Of a stretch of DNA of 64,000 nucleotides, positions 53,704-64,000 are shown piece after piece. The notes beneath the pieces are model-generated. The model was not told where the DNA came from, ran no database searches, and saw nothing but the letters and a program-made list of their open reading frames with translations. Each line of letters begins with the position of its first letter. Within the stretch, counting starts at the first letter, position 1. The stretch is from assembly GCF_018977255.1 (NCBI RefSeq), contig NW_024704743.1:61444001-61508000 (forward strand), read 5' to 3'. A program made the position numbers and the translations under genes. This DNA comes from Callorhinchus milii. Taxonomy: Eukaryota.

Positions 53704-55534
53704 AAAATCAAATGAAACATTAAACACAGCTCCAGTCTGCTTGTCCAGATGGTTCTTATAGATCCCGTGGCACTATTTGTAAAAAGAGAGGGAGTTTCGC
53801 CCCAGGTTTTGGCCAACAATCCTCCAGCCCTTTCATGACTATTTATAGAAGCTTGTATGCAAATTGGCTTCAAAGTTTGCCTACAAATACCCAGTCCTAC
53901 ACTTCACAGAAAACACTGAAAGGTTATAGGCAGTACCATATATTAAATACCAGGCTTATTATAAAGGGGGAGGACCATAAAATGCAATGCATAAATCACA
54001 CCTTAGCACAGGTATTTACAACTCACCAACCTTGGGCTGTAGTATTAAGCATTTTTGCAATCAATGCTTTTTTGCAAACATAAAGGTCATGAGCATAAGT
54101 AGAATTTTCAACTTAGTGCCAACTTATGGGCAGAGTTACATTTGATATAGCCTCCCCTACAACAGCACAGACACTACACTGAAACATCCCATCAATCCTT
54201 GAGGTCGAGGAGTGAAACAATGGACCAACACTTGTTCTTCCTATGGTATTAGCTGTAATACAAGAGAACTTTTGTCAAGTAAACTCTCTTTGGTTGAATA
54301 TATAGTTAATTAATGGTAAACTAATTTCTTTGAATTTACAGTTAACTATTCTCTTTACAACAGTGTATGAGGTAGGACTATAGAATGGATAACGAATAGA
54401 ACATTTGGCCCCTCAAGGCTATTCTTTCCACAGACCCTACACACCTGAAATTCATCCAGTCCTTTGAAAGAGGCAACTGGCCGCAGGCAAACCCTTCAGG
54501 TAGGTAACGCTTGCCAACTCTTGAAAGTAATTGAGAAAAAACAGAATATTTGTCCAACCATATAACCTGCACTGTTCAGCCATATCCAGCTATGATTCTG
54601 AGAGCACAACAACTACTGTCATCGCAGTATTCCAGTATTCCATCACCTTAGTTTGTACTTGTGCTTATAAACTTTGCATTGTTCTTTACTAGACATTTAC
54701 TGCCCTTTTTAGAAACAAGTAGTCAAGATAACATGTAATTTAGGCTGACGTCTAGTTCACATATCTGCTACTCTGCAGGGATAAAACTAATTTGATCCTT
54801 AATTTGACTTAAGACTGCTAATTCACTTCACCTCAGGTTATAGTCACAGCTTAAATGGATCGGACAATGTCAACTTCTCTTAGCTTTTTCAAAGTCTGGG
54901 TTCTGTCTCCTCTGAATGTTCTTTTCTTTGATAAAAACAAACTGGACCTGAGAGGCTTTCATCATAACTTACATTGACTGGGAGTTTCAAGCAGCATGTA
55001 TAAATTACATGTATAAATTACACTCTTATAGCATAAAATATCTACATATTTCCCCTGTTTTACAATTGAAATATACATACAATTCTACTGGTGATAGAAA
55101 CATTCAAAAACTATATGTTTATCAATCTGAAAAGTTCCATAAAGAAAAGCCACAGAGATTGCGTTTGACAAAAAGGCTTCAAGTGATTTTGGTGATACAT
55201 GAAGTCGATCTACGTGCATTTAATTAGACTTAAATTCATATGGTCACTTCGCCACTCTCACTGGCTTCGAGTGAAGCTCTGTTACTATTAAGTGCTCTGA
55301 GACACTGCCCCATGTGAAGGGCAATATATAAATGCAAGTTGTTGTTGTAGACTTGCACCATTTGACTGCTCTTGAGACATGAATCACAATACTATGTCAT
55401 GTTGTTGGAGTATTCCACGGACAGCAATGCTAACCAAACAGTCTGCTTATCTGAGCAAGGCACAGCAGATGTTAATTGTTGCTGGCAGAGGCCTCGTTTT
55501 CAATTTGACCCCTGAAAAAATGTCCTCCATACAA

Positions 55535-55835
55535 CAATAATATTATCCTTGCATGTGATATACTGCCTTTCCCGTCGGGAGGATATGTCATAGCTCTTCA
55601 CAGGATTTACTGTAAAGTGTAGCGACTGTGCATTTTGTAGGTGAACACGACAGCTAATTTGCACTTAGCAAAGTCCCACAAACATCCACAAAATAAGTCA
55701 GCAATTTTTTTCAGGGGGATTGTTGGCCAGGAAGCCAGGAGAAACTCCCTTCTCTATTCAAGTAATCTCATGGGATTTTTAACATTCACTTGAACAGGCA
55801 GACGGGATCTTGGTTTAACGTCTCATCCATAGGAC
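55535..55835 (-). mobile_element. Older Deu-type SINE, 3' part
   Basis: Tail and Deu-like body. Confidence 0.7.
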
Positions 55836-56136
55836 ATGATGTTTCTCATTAGCATTGGACTGTTTCAAGGAGCTACATATATTTTATTTCTTAAATCTTA
55901 TAATAAATTGCTCAGCAGTTAGAAACTTACTTAATTGTAAATTCCAGCCTTGATTAATTAAACACTCTTAATTTACTGGAAGCTTGAAGTGATGTGGGAC
56001 TGTCCTGGGCTCTCTGCCTGGATTTGGGCAAACACACATTGGAAAATCACTATGTACGAGACCGTTAATTAAACTCTAAAATAGTAATTGTAAAGCAAAT
56101 TAAATCCTTTGCTTGTTCAATAATCTGACCTGCATC

Positions 56137-56515
56137 GTCTTGTAGTTTAATGGTTAGAGCACTCGCCAACCAAGCGACAGAACCTGGGTTTGATTCCCAG
56201 GCATAGCGAAACGTTGGGCAAGTTTCTTTACTCCACACGCCTGTTTACCTAGCAATGGGAACCCGGTTGTTAATGAATTGGCAGATGGCTCTTCCGGGAG
56301 TAATAATCCATTCAAACAAATAAAGAAAGAAAGAATTTGTAAAAATTATTGGGTCACTTCATCTACTTAATGTTTGTGGGACACTGCTGTGTGCAATTGG
56401 TTGCCGCTTTTCACCCACAAAGCATACAGTCAATTCACTTTACAGTATATACTGTGAAGAGCTTTTGGAAGTCTAGAATACTTGATGAGGCACTATATCA
56501 AATCCAAGGATTATC
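56137..56515 (+). mobile_element. SINE, long variant
   Basis: tgtagtttaatggttagagcactcgc...cctgtttacctagc...caaggattat. Confidence 0.9.
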
Positions 56516-57504
56516 ATATTAATATAAAAAGCGTTGATTTTACATCTACTTGGTATCACATAATGCGGTAAAATTTGTTGTGTTTTATCCCTTTCCTCAA
56601 GGCAAGTAGCTCAAGGAATGGGGTTAAGAAACTCCTATAAATTTTATCCTATTATATATCACACTGCTCTAAGCTAAATCAAGGAACAAATGAAAGTAAA
56701 CTAATCAAAATGGATTAGCATGTTGTGGCGTATTGGTATGGTGGAGATGCAGAGAAATGTTAGGGAAATCACTCCTTGGAGTAATGTCATCATGTCCTGC
56801 ACAGGACAACAAATTCTGATAGTTTCTCTTTCATAATCTTTAATGATCTACTTCTGGCCCAAATATTAATGCAGTTTATAAATATATACATTATATATGT
56901 TTGGAACATTGGAACCCCTTTATAACATGATGTCCATAAAGTCTACATGGGGGCACAATGTTTAACCGCACACCTGCACAGCCAGGCAACTCGCCTCTTG
57001 CGTGCTGTCTAATTCCTGTGTTAAAAGGAAAATGTCTGACTTCCAGGTCAACAGGACACGACTGATGGCACTGTTTCCTGCACGTGTGCAACATAGGCAG
57101 TGACGTCAGCAGCAACCTGACCTAGGATTTGGCTATTTTTGTTAGTGCAGTAAACTAGAATGCATATTTCAATATGACCTAATGACACAGAAGTCAGTTA
57201 TATTAGCACAAAAGCCAGTTGACCAAAACATTCAAGTAAGAGGCCATCAAACCCAAATTTAGGGGCTAACACAGCCAAACTTGATCCCGTGCTTACTCAA
57301 AGACCCAAACCTCTGGAACTTTTTTTCCACAAACCACTTTGGCTTGCTACCTCTCTCCCTGCCTTCGAAATCTTCCCAAGACAGCTCTTCAGCTGTGCAT
57401 TATGTAAATATCTTTAAATCTTCCTTTCATGGTTGAGTAGTTTGAGCTGTTTCTTTACATGAAAGACAGTATATAAATGTGAGTCTTACTATATGCTCGT
57501 GAAC

Positions 57505-57740
57505 ACAAACAGATATAACACGTTCCAGGAAGGGTCACTGGACAGCAGGTTCTTTTTCCTACCTGATTTTTTGCTCCCTTCTCCATGTGGGCTGAGGATT
57601 AGGTGTACGCCCCCCCTACCGCCAGCCCAGCTGAGATCAGCTAACCCAGCACACAATGCAAATTGAACCTGGGGCTTCTGGATCTGTTTGATAAGTTTCA
57701 CACTGGGCAGCAGCTTTACTAATTGAGCCATCAGGGGAGA
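57505..57740 (-). mobile_element. Ancient SINE, third family, 5' part
   Basis: gctgagatcagctaacccagcac and attgaacctggg (B box on the minus strand). Confidence 0.6.
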
Positions 57741-57769
57741 TAGGGGGTGTTTCTAACAATACTACATTT

Positions 57770-58047
57770 CACTGATTAAAAAGTTAAAAAAAAGAGTGGA
57801 GACGGGGAGAATTTTTTTTACCCAGAGAGTTGTTATGATCTGGAATGCGTTGCATGAAAGGTTGGTGGAAGCAGATTCGATAATAGCTTTCAAAAGGGAA
57901 TTAGAGAGGTTTAAAAAGGAAAAATTTGCAGGGCTATGGGGTTAAGAGTGCTATTGATTGGGTAGCTCTTTCATTGGGTAGCGATGTTGGGCATAGGCAT
58001 GATAGGCTGAATGGCCTCCTTCTGTGATGTAAAATTCTATGATTCTG
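57770..58047 (+). mobile_element. CR1 3' end
   Basis: acccagagagttgttatgatctggaatgc...gaatggcctccttctgtg...attctatgattct. Confidence 0.85.
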
Positions 58048-58085
58048 TCAAAGTTTCAAATGGATGGAGTAAGATTTTTTCTTGG

Positions 58086-58390
58086 GTCAGCCGGGAGTCT
58101 GACACATCGCTATGCTTAAAAGTATTCAAACCAGACTCAGAGTTTCATGCATGCCATCTACGCATGAAAATTCCCATGTTTGGAATGTGAACTCACTCCT
58201 TGTGACACCAATCCTGCTTACCTAATTCAGCAGAATATCAGGCGCAGGTTGGGAAGAACCAAGGCTTGGGGACTCCAGAATGCATGTTGGGGTATTGATG
58301 GAGTTAACCAGCTAAAACTGCATAGCTTACTATTGAAAGCACTGTTTGGCAAGCTTCCCACTGCTTGCCCAGCTAGGACCACTCTGTACC
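58086..58390 (+). repeat. Unclassified dispersed repeat, copy 4
   Basis: ggtcagccgggagtctgacac...gcttaaaagtattc...ccaaggcttgggga. Confidence 0.75.
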
Positions 58391-58392
58391 TA

Positions 58393-58708
58393 GGAGTCCT
58401 GTAGCTCAGTGGTTAGAGCACTCGCCTCGCAAGCGAGAGTCCTGGGTTCAATTCCCAGCAGGACGAAACCTTGGGCAAGTTTTCTTACTCCACATGCCTG
58501 AGAATAATCCCTCAAGAAACAAATAAATAATAATAATTTGGTCACTCAATCCATGACTATTTGTGGGACACTGCTGTCTACAATTGGCTGCCATGTTTTG
58601 CTCACAAAATATACAGTCAATTCACTTTACAGTATATTCTATGAAGCGATTTGAGATGTCTAGAATATGTGAAAAGTGCTAAATCAAATGCAAGATTATT
58701 ATTATTAT
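58393..58708 (+). mobile_element. SINE, short variant with CGC head
   Basis: ggagtcctgtagctcagtggttagagcactcgcctcgcaagcgag. Confidence 0.93.
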
Positions 58709-59295
58709 CACCAATTAGGGCTTTGGCTTGCAAGGAGTAAGATTGGTTACAAATGACAGTTAGTCAGCCCCACAACACACAGTCACCTGACATTTTTTTC
58801 TTCATTGTTGTCAAGAAGGATGAGCTGAGTTGATAATTTAAACACAGATCTATTTTAAGAGTAAGATCTTACATTAAAGGCTGAACATGGGGGGGGGGGG
58901 TGGGGAAGGTGGGAGGGGAGGAGATATCTCAGAGGGCAGTCAGTTCCTTCCAGATGTCAGTTCCTTTGAGCCTGCCTCGTATTGAGCCTCAAACAATTCT
59001 GTGATATAGCTTCTGGATAGGATAGAAAGATGACTTCAGAGACAGCTTTTTGAACAGCTTTGTCACAACCTAAACAATTATAAACAACCAGTTCAAGTAG
59101 GTTTTCACACATTTACTACTCATAAAACTACACCTTTTTACACTACTGCATTCTTAGTGAAAGAATCCAAATGTTTCATTTCAGTCAGTGACTTTGTTCC
59201 AATACAAATTAAATGGTTTAAAAATCTAGGGGAATGTCTTGTGAGGCAAACGTAAATGTTTTGTGTGTGTCTGATTAAATAAGGATTATATAATT

Positions 59296-59630
59296 ATACA
59301 TAATAATAATAATAATAATCCTTGCATTTGATATAGCGCTTTTCACGTCGGGAGGACGTCCCAAAGCGCTTCACAGAACACACTGTAAAGTGAATTGACT
59401 GTATATTTGTGGGCGAACGCGGCAGCCAAGTGCGCACAGCAATGTCCCACAAACAGTCGTAGATAGAAAATGACCAATTTATTATTGTTTTTGGTTTTGG
59501 AGGGATTATTATTAGGCTCTGTGTGGAGTAAGGAAACTTGCCCAAGGTTTCGCCCTGACCTGCCTGGGATTGAACTCAGGTCTCTCGCTTGCAAAGCGAG
59601 TGCTCTAACCACTGAGCTACAGGACTCCAC
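59296..59630 (-). mobile_element. Young SINE, short variant, full length
   Basis: Reverse complement of the consensus with CpGs retained. Confidence 0.95.
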
Positions 59631-59654
59631 CTGTACTACACTCCACTACATAAT

Positions 59655-60005
59655 AGTCCCTTCATTTGATATATTGTCTTATCATCTCTAAACAGCTCAA
59701 AGTGCTTTACAGATAATACCTGTCAAGTGCAGTGACTATTTTGTCAGCAAAACATGCATCTAGGTTGTACACACCAAGGCCCCACAATCATCCTTGAAAA
59801 GAATGTCATATTACTCCAGAGGACTGTTGGTCTGTACACCAGGAGAAGTTCCCTTCCCTTTTCAAAAAGCGTAATGAGATCTTTAACACTGCCTGAATAG
59901 GGAGATAGGACCTTGTTTTTTAACATCGCAACTGTAAGATAGTACATCAATGAATGCTTCCCAGGCATGGCGCTGGAGTGTCAGCCTGCATTATGAGTTC
60001 AAGTC
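59655..60005 (-). mobile_element. Older Deu-type SINE, degraded
   Basis: cttcatttgatat...gatctttaaca...ctggagtgtcagcct. Confidence 0.6.
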
Positions 60006-60288
60006 TTGACAATGTGAGCTGGTAGGATACTGTGCCAATAAGTACAGTGCTATTCACATCCACAAATAGCAAAATTGCCTTTACGGATAAGAAAAGACTT
60101 ATCTTGAAAACTGAATTAAATTCAGCATAGACAAGAGATCAAATGTGGGCACTTCCTGTTCTGGGTGAATTCTTCACTTACTGGTGCCTTTACCATGTTC
60201 TTAGTTTTTTTGGTCAGCCGGGTGTCTGACACATGCGGACACATCCATCACTGTGCTTAAGAGTATTCAACAACAAGATTACATTTGT

Positions 60289-61450
60289 TGGAGGGAGAGA
60301 GGAGAAGAGGGGTCGGTGAGGGTTGAAGGCCAGAGGGAGAGGAGTTCTGAGGACTCCAAGGCATCGGTTAGGGATTGTGGGGGTAACTTCTTCCAAGGGC
60401 GGTAGAAGATGGTGGTGGGTCTGGTGGAGGTGGGGAGGGGGGTGGAGGTGGTGAAGGAGATGAAGTAGTGGTCGGAGATGGCCTTGTCGGTAATAGTGAC
60501 ATCCGAGACACTGAGGCCCCGGGTGATCACCAAATCGAGTGGGTGGCCGTGACTGTGAGTGGGGGAGTTTATGTGTAGGGAAAGGTTGAGTGAGGAGAGC
60601 AGGGAAGAGAAGTCTGTGGAGATGGAGCAGGAGGGGGTGAAGTGTAGGTTAAAGTCGCCCAGGATGATGAGGCGATCGGAGCAGAGGCAAAGAGATGTGA
60701 GGAGTGTTGAAATGTCAGAGATGAAGGTGGGAGAGGTTTTAGGGGGCCGGTAGAGGAGGAGGATTTTAAGGGAGAGGAATGAGGGGTGGGAGAGGGTGAG
60801 GTGCTCGAAGGAGGGGAAAGAGCCAGAGGAGTAGGGGGATAGGGCAAGTGGTGTCCTTGAGATAAGGGCAACACCACCGCCACGGCGGTTGGGGCGGGGG
60901 ATGTGGTGGGAGGTGTAGCCGGGTGGCGTGGCCTCCGTGAGGGGGAAGGTGTCGCCTGGGGTGAGCCACGTTTCTGTCAAGGCCATGATATCAACGTTCT
61001 CATCAAGGATGAGATCGTTGATGACCAGGGCCTTGTTGCAGAGGGAGCGGACATTTTGCAGTCCGATGTGGAGGGAGCGGTTGACAGAAGGGTGTGTGGG
61101 AGGGGAGGGGGGTCCAGGTTGTGAGGCAGGGGTGGGGGAGATGGGGATGAGGGAGGAGAGGTTGACTCCCCGGGTCTGTGTCCGGGGTGGCTGGCGAGAG
61201 TGGTGGGGAATGGGGCAGTCGGTGTGGCTGCTGCTGGACAGCCAACGCCGAGTGCCGCGGTGAGCCCGGCGGAGGATTCCCAGACTGGAACAGAGGGAGG
61301 TTGTGGGAGGGTCAAGTGGGGATAGAAGACGAGAGGGACGGAGAGAGAGGAGGAGAGAGCGGGAGAGATGGAGAGGGGGGAGGGTTTGGGGGAGAGAGGA
61401 GGGGGGAGGGAGGGAGGGGGTGAGGGGGCTCGGGTCAAAGCGGCAGCCAT
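60289..61450 (-). CDS. L2 ORF N-terminus and APE-type endonuclease domain (inverted segment, 3'-truncated)
   Basis: LGILRRAHRG, LQNVRSL, ALTETW, GGGVALI, LYRPP, GDFN, LDLV and SDH in one open frame; the ATG at 61450 is one base out of frame. Confidence 0.9.
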
Positions 61451-61674
61451 AGTGCGCACGCGGGGACCGGGAGCGAGCGGTCAGGTGGATGGCATTATCC
61501 CGCAGATTGGGGCATCGAACCCAACAGGACCATAGTGGGCTCTGATGTGAGCCCTGGGGTGGGGGGGGGGGGCGCAGAGGGTTTTTTTTTGTTTTTTTTT
61601 TTTTTTTGTGCGCGCGCACTCACCTGAAAACTAATCTATGACGTCGCAGTTCCCCCGCTCCGCCCCTCCCCCTA

Positions 61675-62066
61675 GCTGCACTCGCTCTGGCGTCGAGTTT
61701 AAGTACCTGGGTCAGTAGGCCCAGGCTCCTCCCCGCGCTGTCCTGCTGCCGCTCCCCGACTGGCTGCACTCGCTCCGGCGTCGAGTTTAAGTACCTGGGT
61801 CAGTAGGCCCAGGCTCCTCCCCGCGCTGTCCTGCTGCCGCTCCCCGACTGGCTGCACTCGCTCCGGCGTCGAGTTTAAGTACCTGGGTCAGTAGGCCCAG
61901 GCTCCTCCCCGCGCTGTCCTGCTGCCGCTCCCCGACTGGCTGCACTCGCTCCGGCGTCGAGTTTAAGTACCTGGGTCAGTAGGCCCAGGCTCCTCCCCGC
62001 GCTGTCCTGCTGCCGCTCCCCGACTGGCTGCACTCGCTCTGGCGTCGAGTTTAAGTACCTGGGTCA
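61675..62066. repeat. GC/CpG-rich tandem array, 88-bp unit, about 4.5 copies
   Basis: ctcgctc recurs at 61681, 61769, 61857, 61945 and 62033; units are identical apart from C/T at one site (T at 61688 and 62040). Confidence 0.97.
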
Positions 62067-63286
62067 ATGATATCCTGACTATCTGTGACCAGGGCTCCCT
62101 CTGTCTCCTCGTCCTCCTTGACCTATCGGCAGCATTCGATACGGTCGACCACGCTATCCTACTCCACCGCTTGTCCTCCCACCTCAACCTTCAAGGCACT
62201 GTCCTTGAATGGTTTAGCTCTTACCTTTCCCACCGTCTTCACTTCGTCTCAACGAATGGCTTCTCCTCCACCCCCCGTACTGTCTCATGTGGTGTCCCTC
62301 AGGGCTCTGTCCTCGGTCCCCTCCTCTTCACCCTCTATATGCTCCCCCTCGGTGACATCATCCGCAAACATGGGGTTAACTTCCACATGTATGCGGATGA
62401 CACCCAACTCTACCTTTCCTCCTCTACTCTCAACTCCACGACCACCGATGTCCTGACAGCCTGCCTGTCCGACATCGAGTCCTGGACGAGAGACAACTTT
62501 CTTCAGCTCAACGTGCGAAAAACCGAGGCCCTCCTGATTGGCTCACGTCAGCGCCTCCGCACCTCAGGCGCTGACACCATCAGCATCCAAGGCTGCACTC
62601 TCCACCTCTCAAAGCCAGTCAGGAACCTCGGCGTTTTGTTTGACCCTGAGCTGTCCTTTCTCCCTCACATCCGCACCACAACTGGCACCGCCTTCCATCA
62701 CCTCCGGAATATCGCCAGATTACGGCACTACCTCACCCCTCACGCTGCTGAAACCCTGGTTCACGCCTTTGTCACCTCAAGGCTGGACTATGGGAACTCT
62801 CTCCTCGCCGGCCTTCCCGCCACCTCCCTCCACAAGCTGCAGGTCATTCAGAACTCTGCAGCTCGTGTACTGTCCCGCACCAGGCTTCGGGACCACATCA
62901 CTCCTACCCTCGCTCGCCTCCACTGGCTCCCCATCCCCCAGAGGATTGATTTCAAGATCCTCATCCTCACCTACAAGGCCATTCACGGCCTTGCTCCCTC
63001 CTACCTCTCCAACCTACTATCCCCCTACCTACCTGCCCGTACCCTCCGTTCCTCTGGCTCCGGTCTGCTCCACATCCCCCGCCCCAACCGCCCTACTATC
63101 GGTGGTCGGGCCTTCAGCCTCTCAGCCCCGAGGCTCTGGAACTCCATCCCCCAGTGCCTTCGCCTTGCTTCCTCCCTTTCCTCCTTCAAGGCCGGTCTCA
63201 AAACCTTTCTCTTTGACCGAGCCTTCAGCTCCCCTCTCGACTCTCTTCCTCCTCCTCGCTCCCTCCCTTCCCTCCCCTCACCCTGA
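62063..63286 (+). CDS. L2 reverse transcriptase and C-terminus, uninterrupted, 5'-truncated
   Basis: VNDIL...[40 protein letters not shown] and [10 protein letters not shown]; open to the stop at 63286. Confidence 0.95.
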   Translation, partial: VNDILTICDQGSLCLLVLLDLSAAFDTVDHAILLHRLSSHLNLQGTVLEWFSSYLSHRLHFVSTNGFSSTPRTVSCGVPQGSVLGPLLFTLYMLPLGDIIRKHGVNFHMYADDTQLYLSSSTLNSTTTDVLTACLSDIESWTRDNFLQLNVRKTEALLIGSRQRLRTSGADTISIQGCTLHLSKPVRNLGVLFDPELSFLPHIRTTTGTAFHHLRNIARLRHYLTPHAAETLVHAFVTSRLDYGNSLLAGLPATSLHKLQVIQNSAARVLSRTRLRDHITPTLARLHWLPIPQRIDFKILILTYKAIHGLAPSYLSNLLSPYLPARTLRSSGSGLLHIPRPNRPTIGGRAFSLSAPRLWNSIPQCLRLASSLSSFKAGLKTFLFDRAFSSPLDSLPPPRSLPSLPSP

Positions 63287-64000
63287 CCATTTCCCCCCTC
63301 CTCTCTCCCTCCCTTCCCTCCCCTCACCCTGACCATTTCCCCCCTGCTCGGGTCATGACCCAACTGTGCAGCGCCTTGGGACGTCCTCCTGACGTGAAAG
63401 GCGCTCTATAAATGGAATCTTGTTGTTGTTGTTGTACATTTGTATGGCGCCTTTCACGTCGGGAGGACGTCCCAAGGCTAACCTGAGATTTCCATGCATC
63501 CCACCCATACATGGAAATCTCAGAGATAGATTGTTGGAATAGAACGTGCACTTGTCTCCCTTTGATGGTAACAGGAATTGAATTAACATTGAAAATAGTT
63601 TCCTGATACTATCAAACAGTCATCTGCTGTTTCCCATTTCCCTTTAAAACAGCACTTCCCACCTTAATAATTTTATCTCCACTCACTGTGTAAATAAATG
63701 TGTTTTTATATACAGTATATACAAATGACAGAAATAAATGTAACACAAACATTATTAATAAAGAAAATCATAATTCTTTGCTGCCATTTGATTATTCAAA
63801 GGTGCACAACAGTGAGTTTCCCCCTGTAAAATTCTTCTCACCGGTCTGAAGGGAAAAATTAAATGAGTGAGTGAATGAAGAAAGGAATCACTGCTGCCCT
63901 TTGCGTAGCAAAAGAATGATTAATATTTACTTATTCAAATTTATCATAATAAAATGAATTAGCAACATCTGCTTCGATTAAATTAAAGTCATGTTTTATT

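Larger units (their letters stand above)
60289..63434 (+). mobile_element. Young L2 LINE with inverted 5' half and a 9-bp target-site duplication
   Basis: TACATTTGT at 60280-60288 and 63435-63443; endonuclease on the minus strand, RT and (TTG)n tail on the plus strand. Confidence 0.92.
60212..63560 (+). repeat. Unclassified dispersed repeat, copy 5, split (60212-60270 and 63479-63560)
   Basis: ggtcagccgggtgtctgacac...gcttaagagtattcaa resumes as gagatttccatgcat...catggaaatctc, collinear with copy 4. Confidence 0.7.
1448..64000 (-). other. Probable long intron upstream of the GABBR2 exon
   Basis: A scan by eye found no exon encoding the preceding CDNAKGLKAF...QGWNLVQ segment, and the region is dominated by repeats. 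Confidence 0.7.

Noticed and set aside
55407..55430. REST/RE1 site around CCACGGACAGC
   Set aside because: The left half TTCAGCA is absent, so it is only a partial match.
55925..55965. Minus-strand QGWNLQL resembling the end of the preceding GABBR2 exon (QGWNLVQ)
   Set aside because: In-frame stop a few codons upstream and no match to the rest of the exon; chance.
15837..59691. Recurrent short ORFs such as [21 protein letters not shown]...CKDYYYY
   Set aside because: These are translations of SINE copies, not a gene family.
61709..61802. HDV-like ribozyme in the 88-bp unit (GGGTCAG...CTCCTC...CTGTCCT, GGCCCAGG/CCTGGGTC)
   Set aside because: P1 and P3 are mismatched, there is no GG for P1.1 and no catalytic C in J4/2, P2' overlaps the next unit's P1, and it lies antisense to the L2 transcript.
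61675..62066. CRISPR-like array
   Set aside because: Units are identical end to end with no unique spacers; eukaryotic context with no cas genes.

Overview
Repeat-rich vertebrate DNA. The SINE/L2/CR1/Penelope mix points to a cartilaginous fish, probably a chimaera (inference). The only host coding sequence found is one 171-nt phase-0 exon on the minus strand (1277-1447) of GABA-B receptor subunit 2 (GABBR2 or a close paralog, matching human exon 3). The preceding exon was not found, so 1448-64000 is probably part of one long intron. That intron holds young tRNA-Ala-headed SINEs with L2-type tails, older Deu-type SINEs, L2 and CR1 fragments, a probable Harbinger transposase relic, two degenerate Penelope-type hammerhead motifs and an unclassified multi-copy repeat. 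The most striking structure is a young L2 at 60289-63434 flanked by a 9-bp target-site duplication. Its 5' half (88-bp GC-rich monomer array, UTR, endonuclease) is inverted relative to its RT/3' half. The inversion points the putative L2 promoter and a perfect CAG|GTGAGT donor in the host gene's sense direction. Repeat boundaries were read by eye and are approximate, and no database searches were run.
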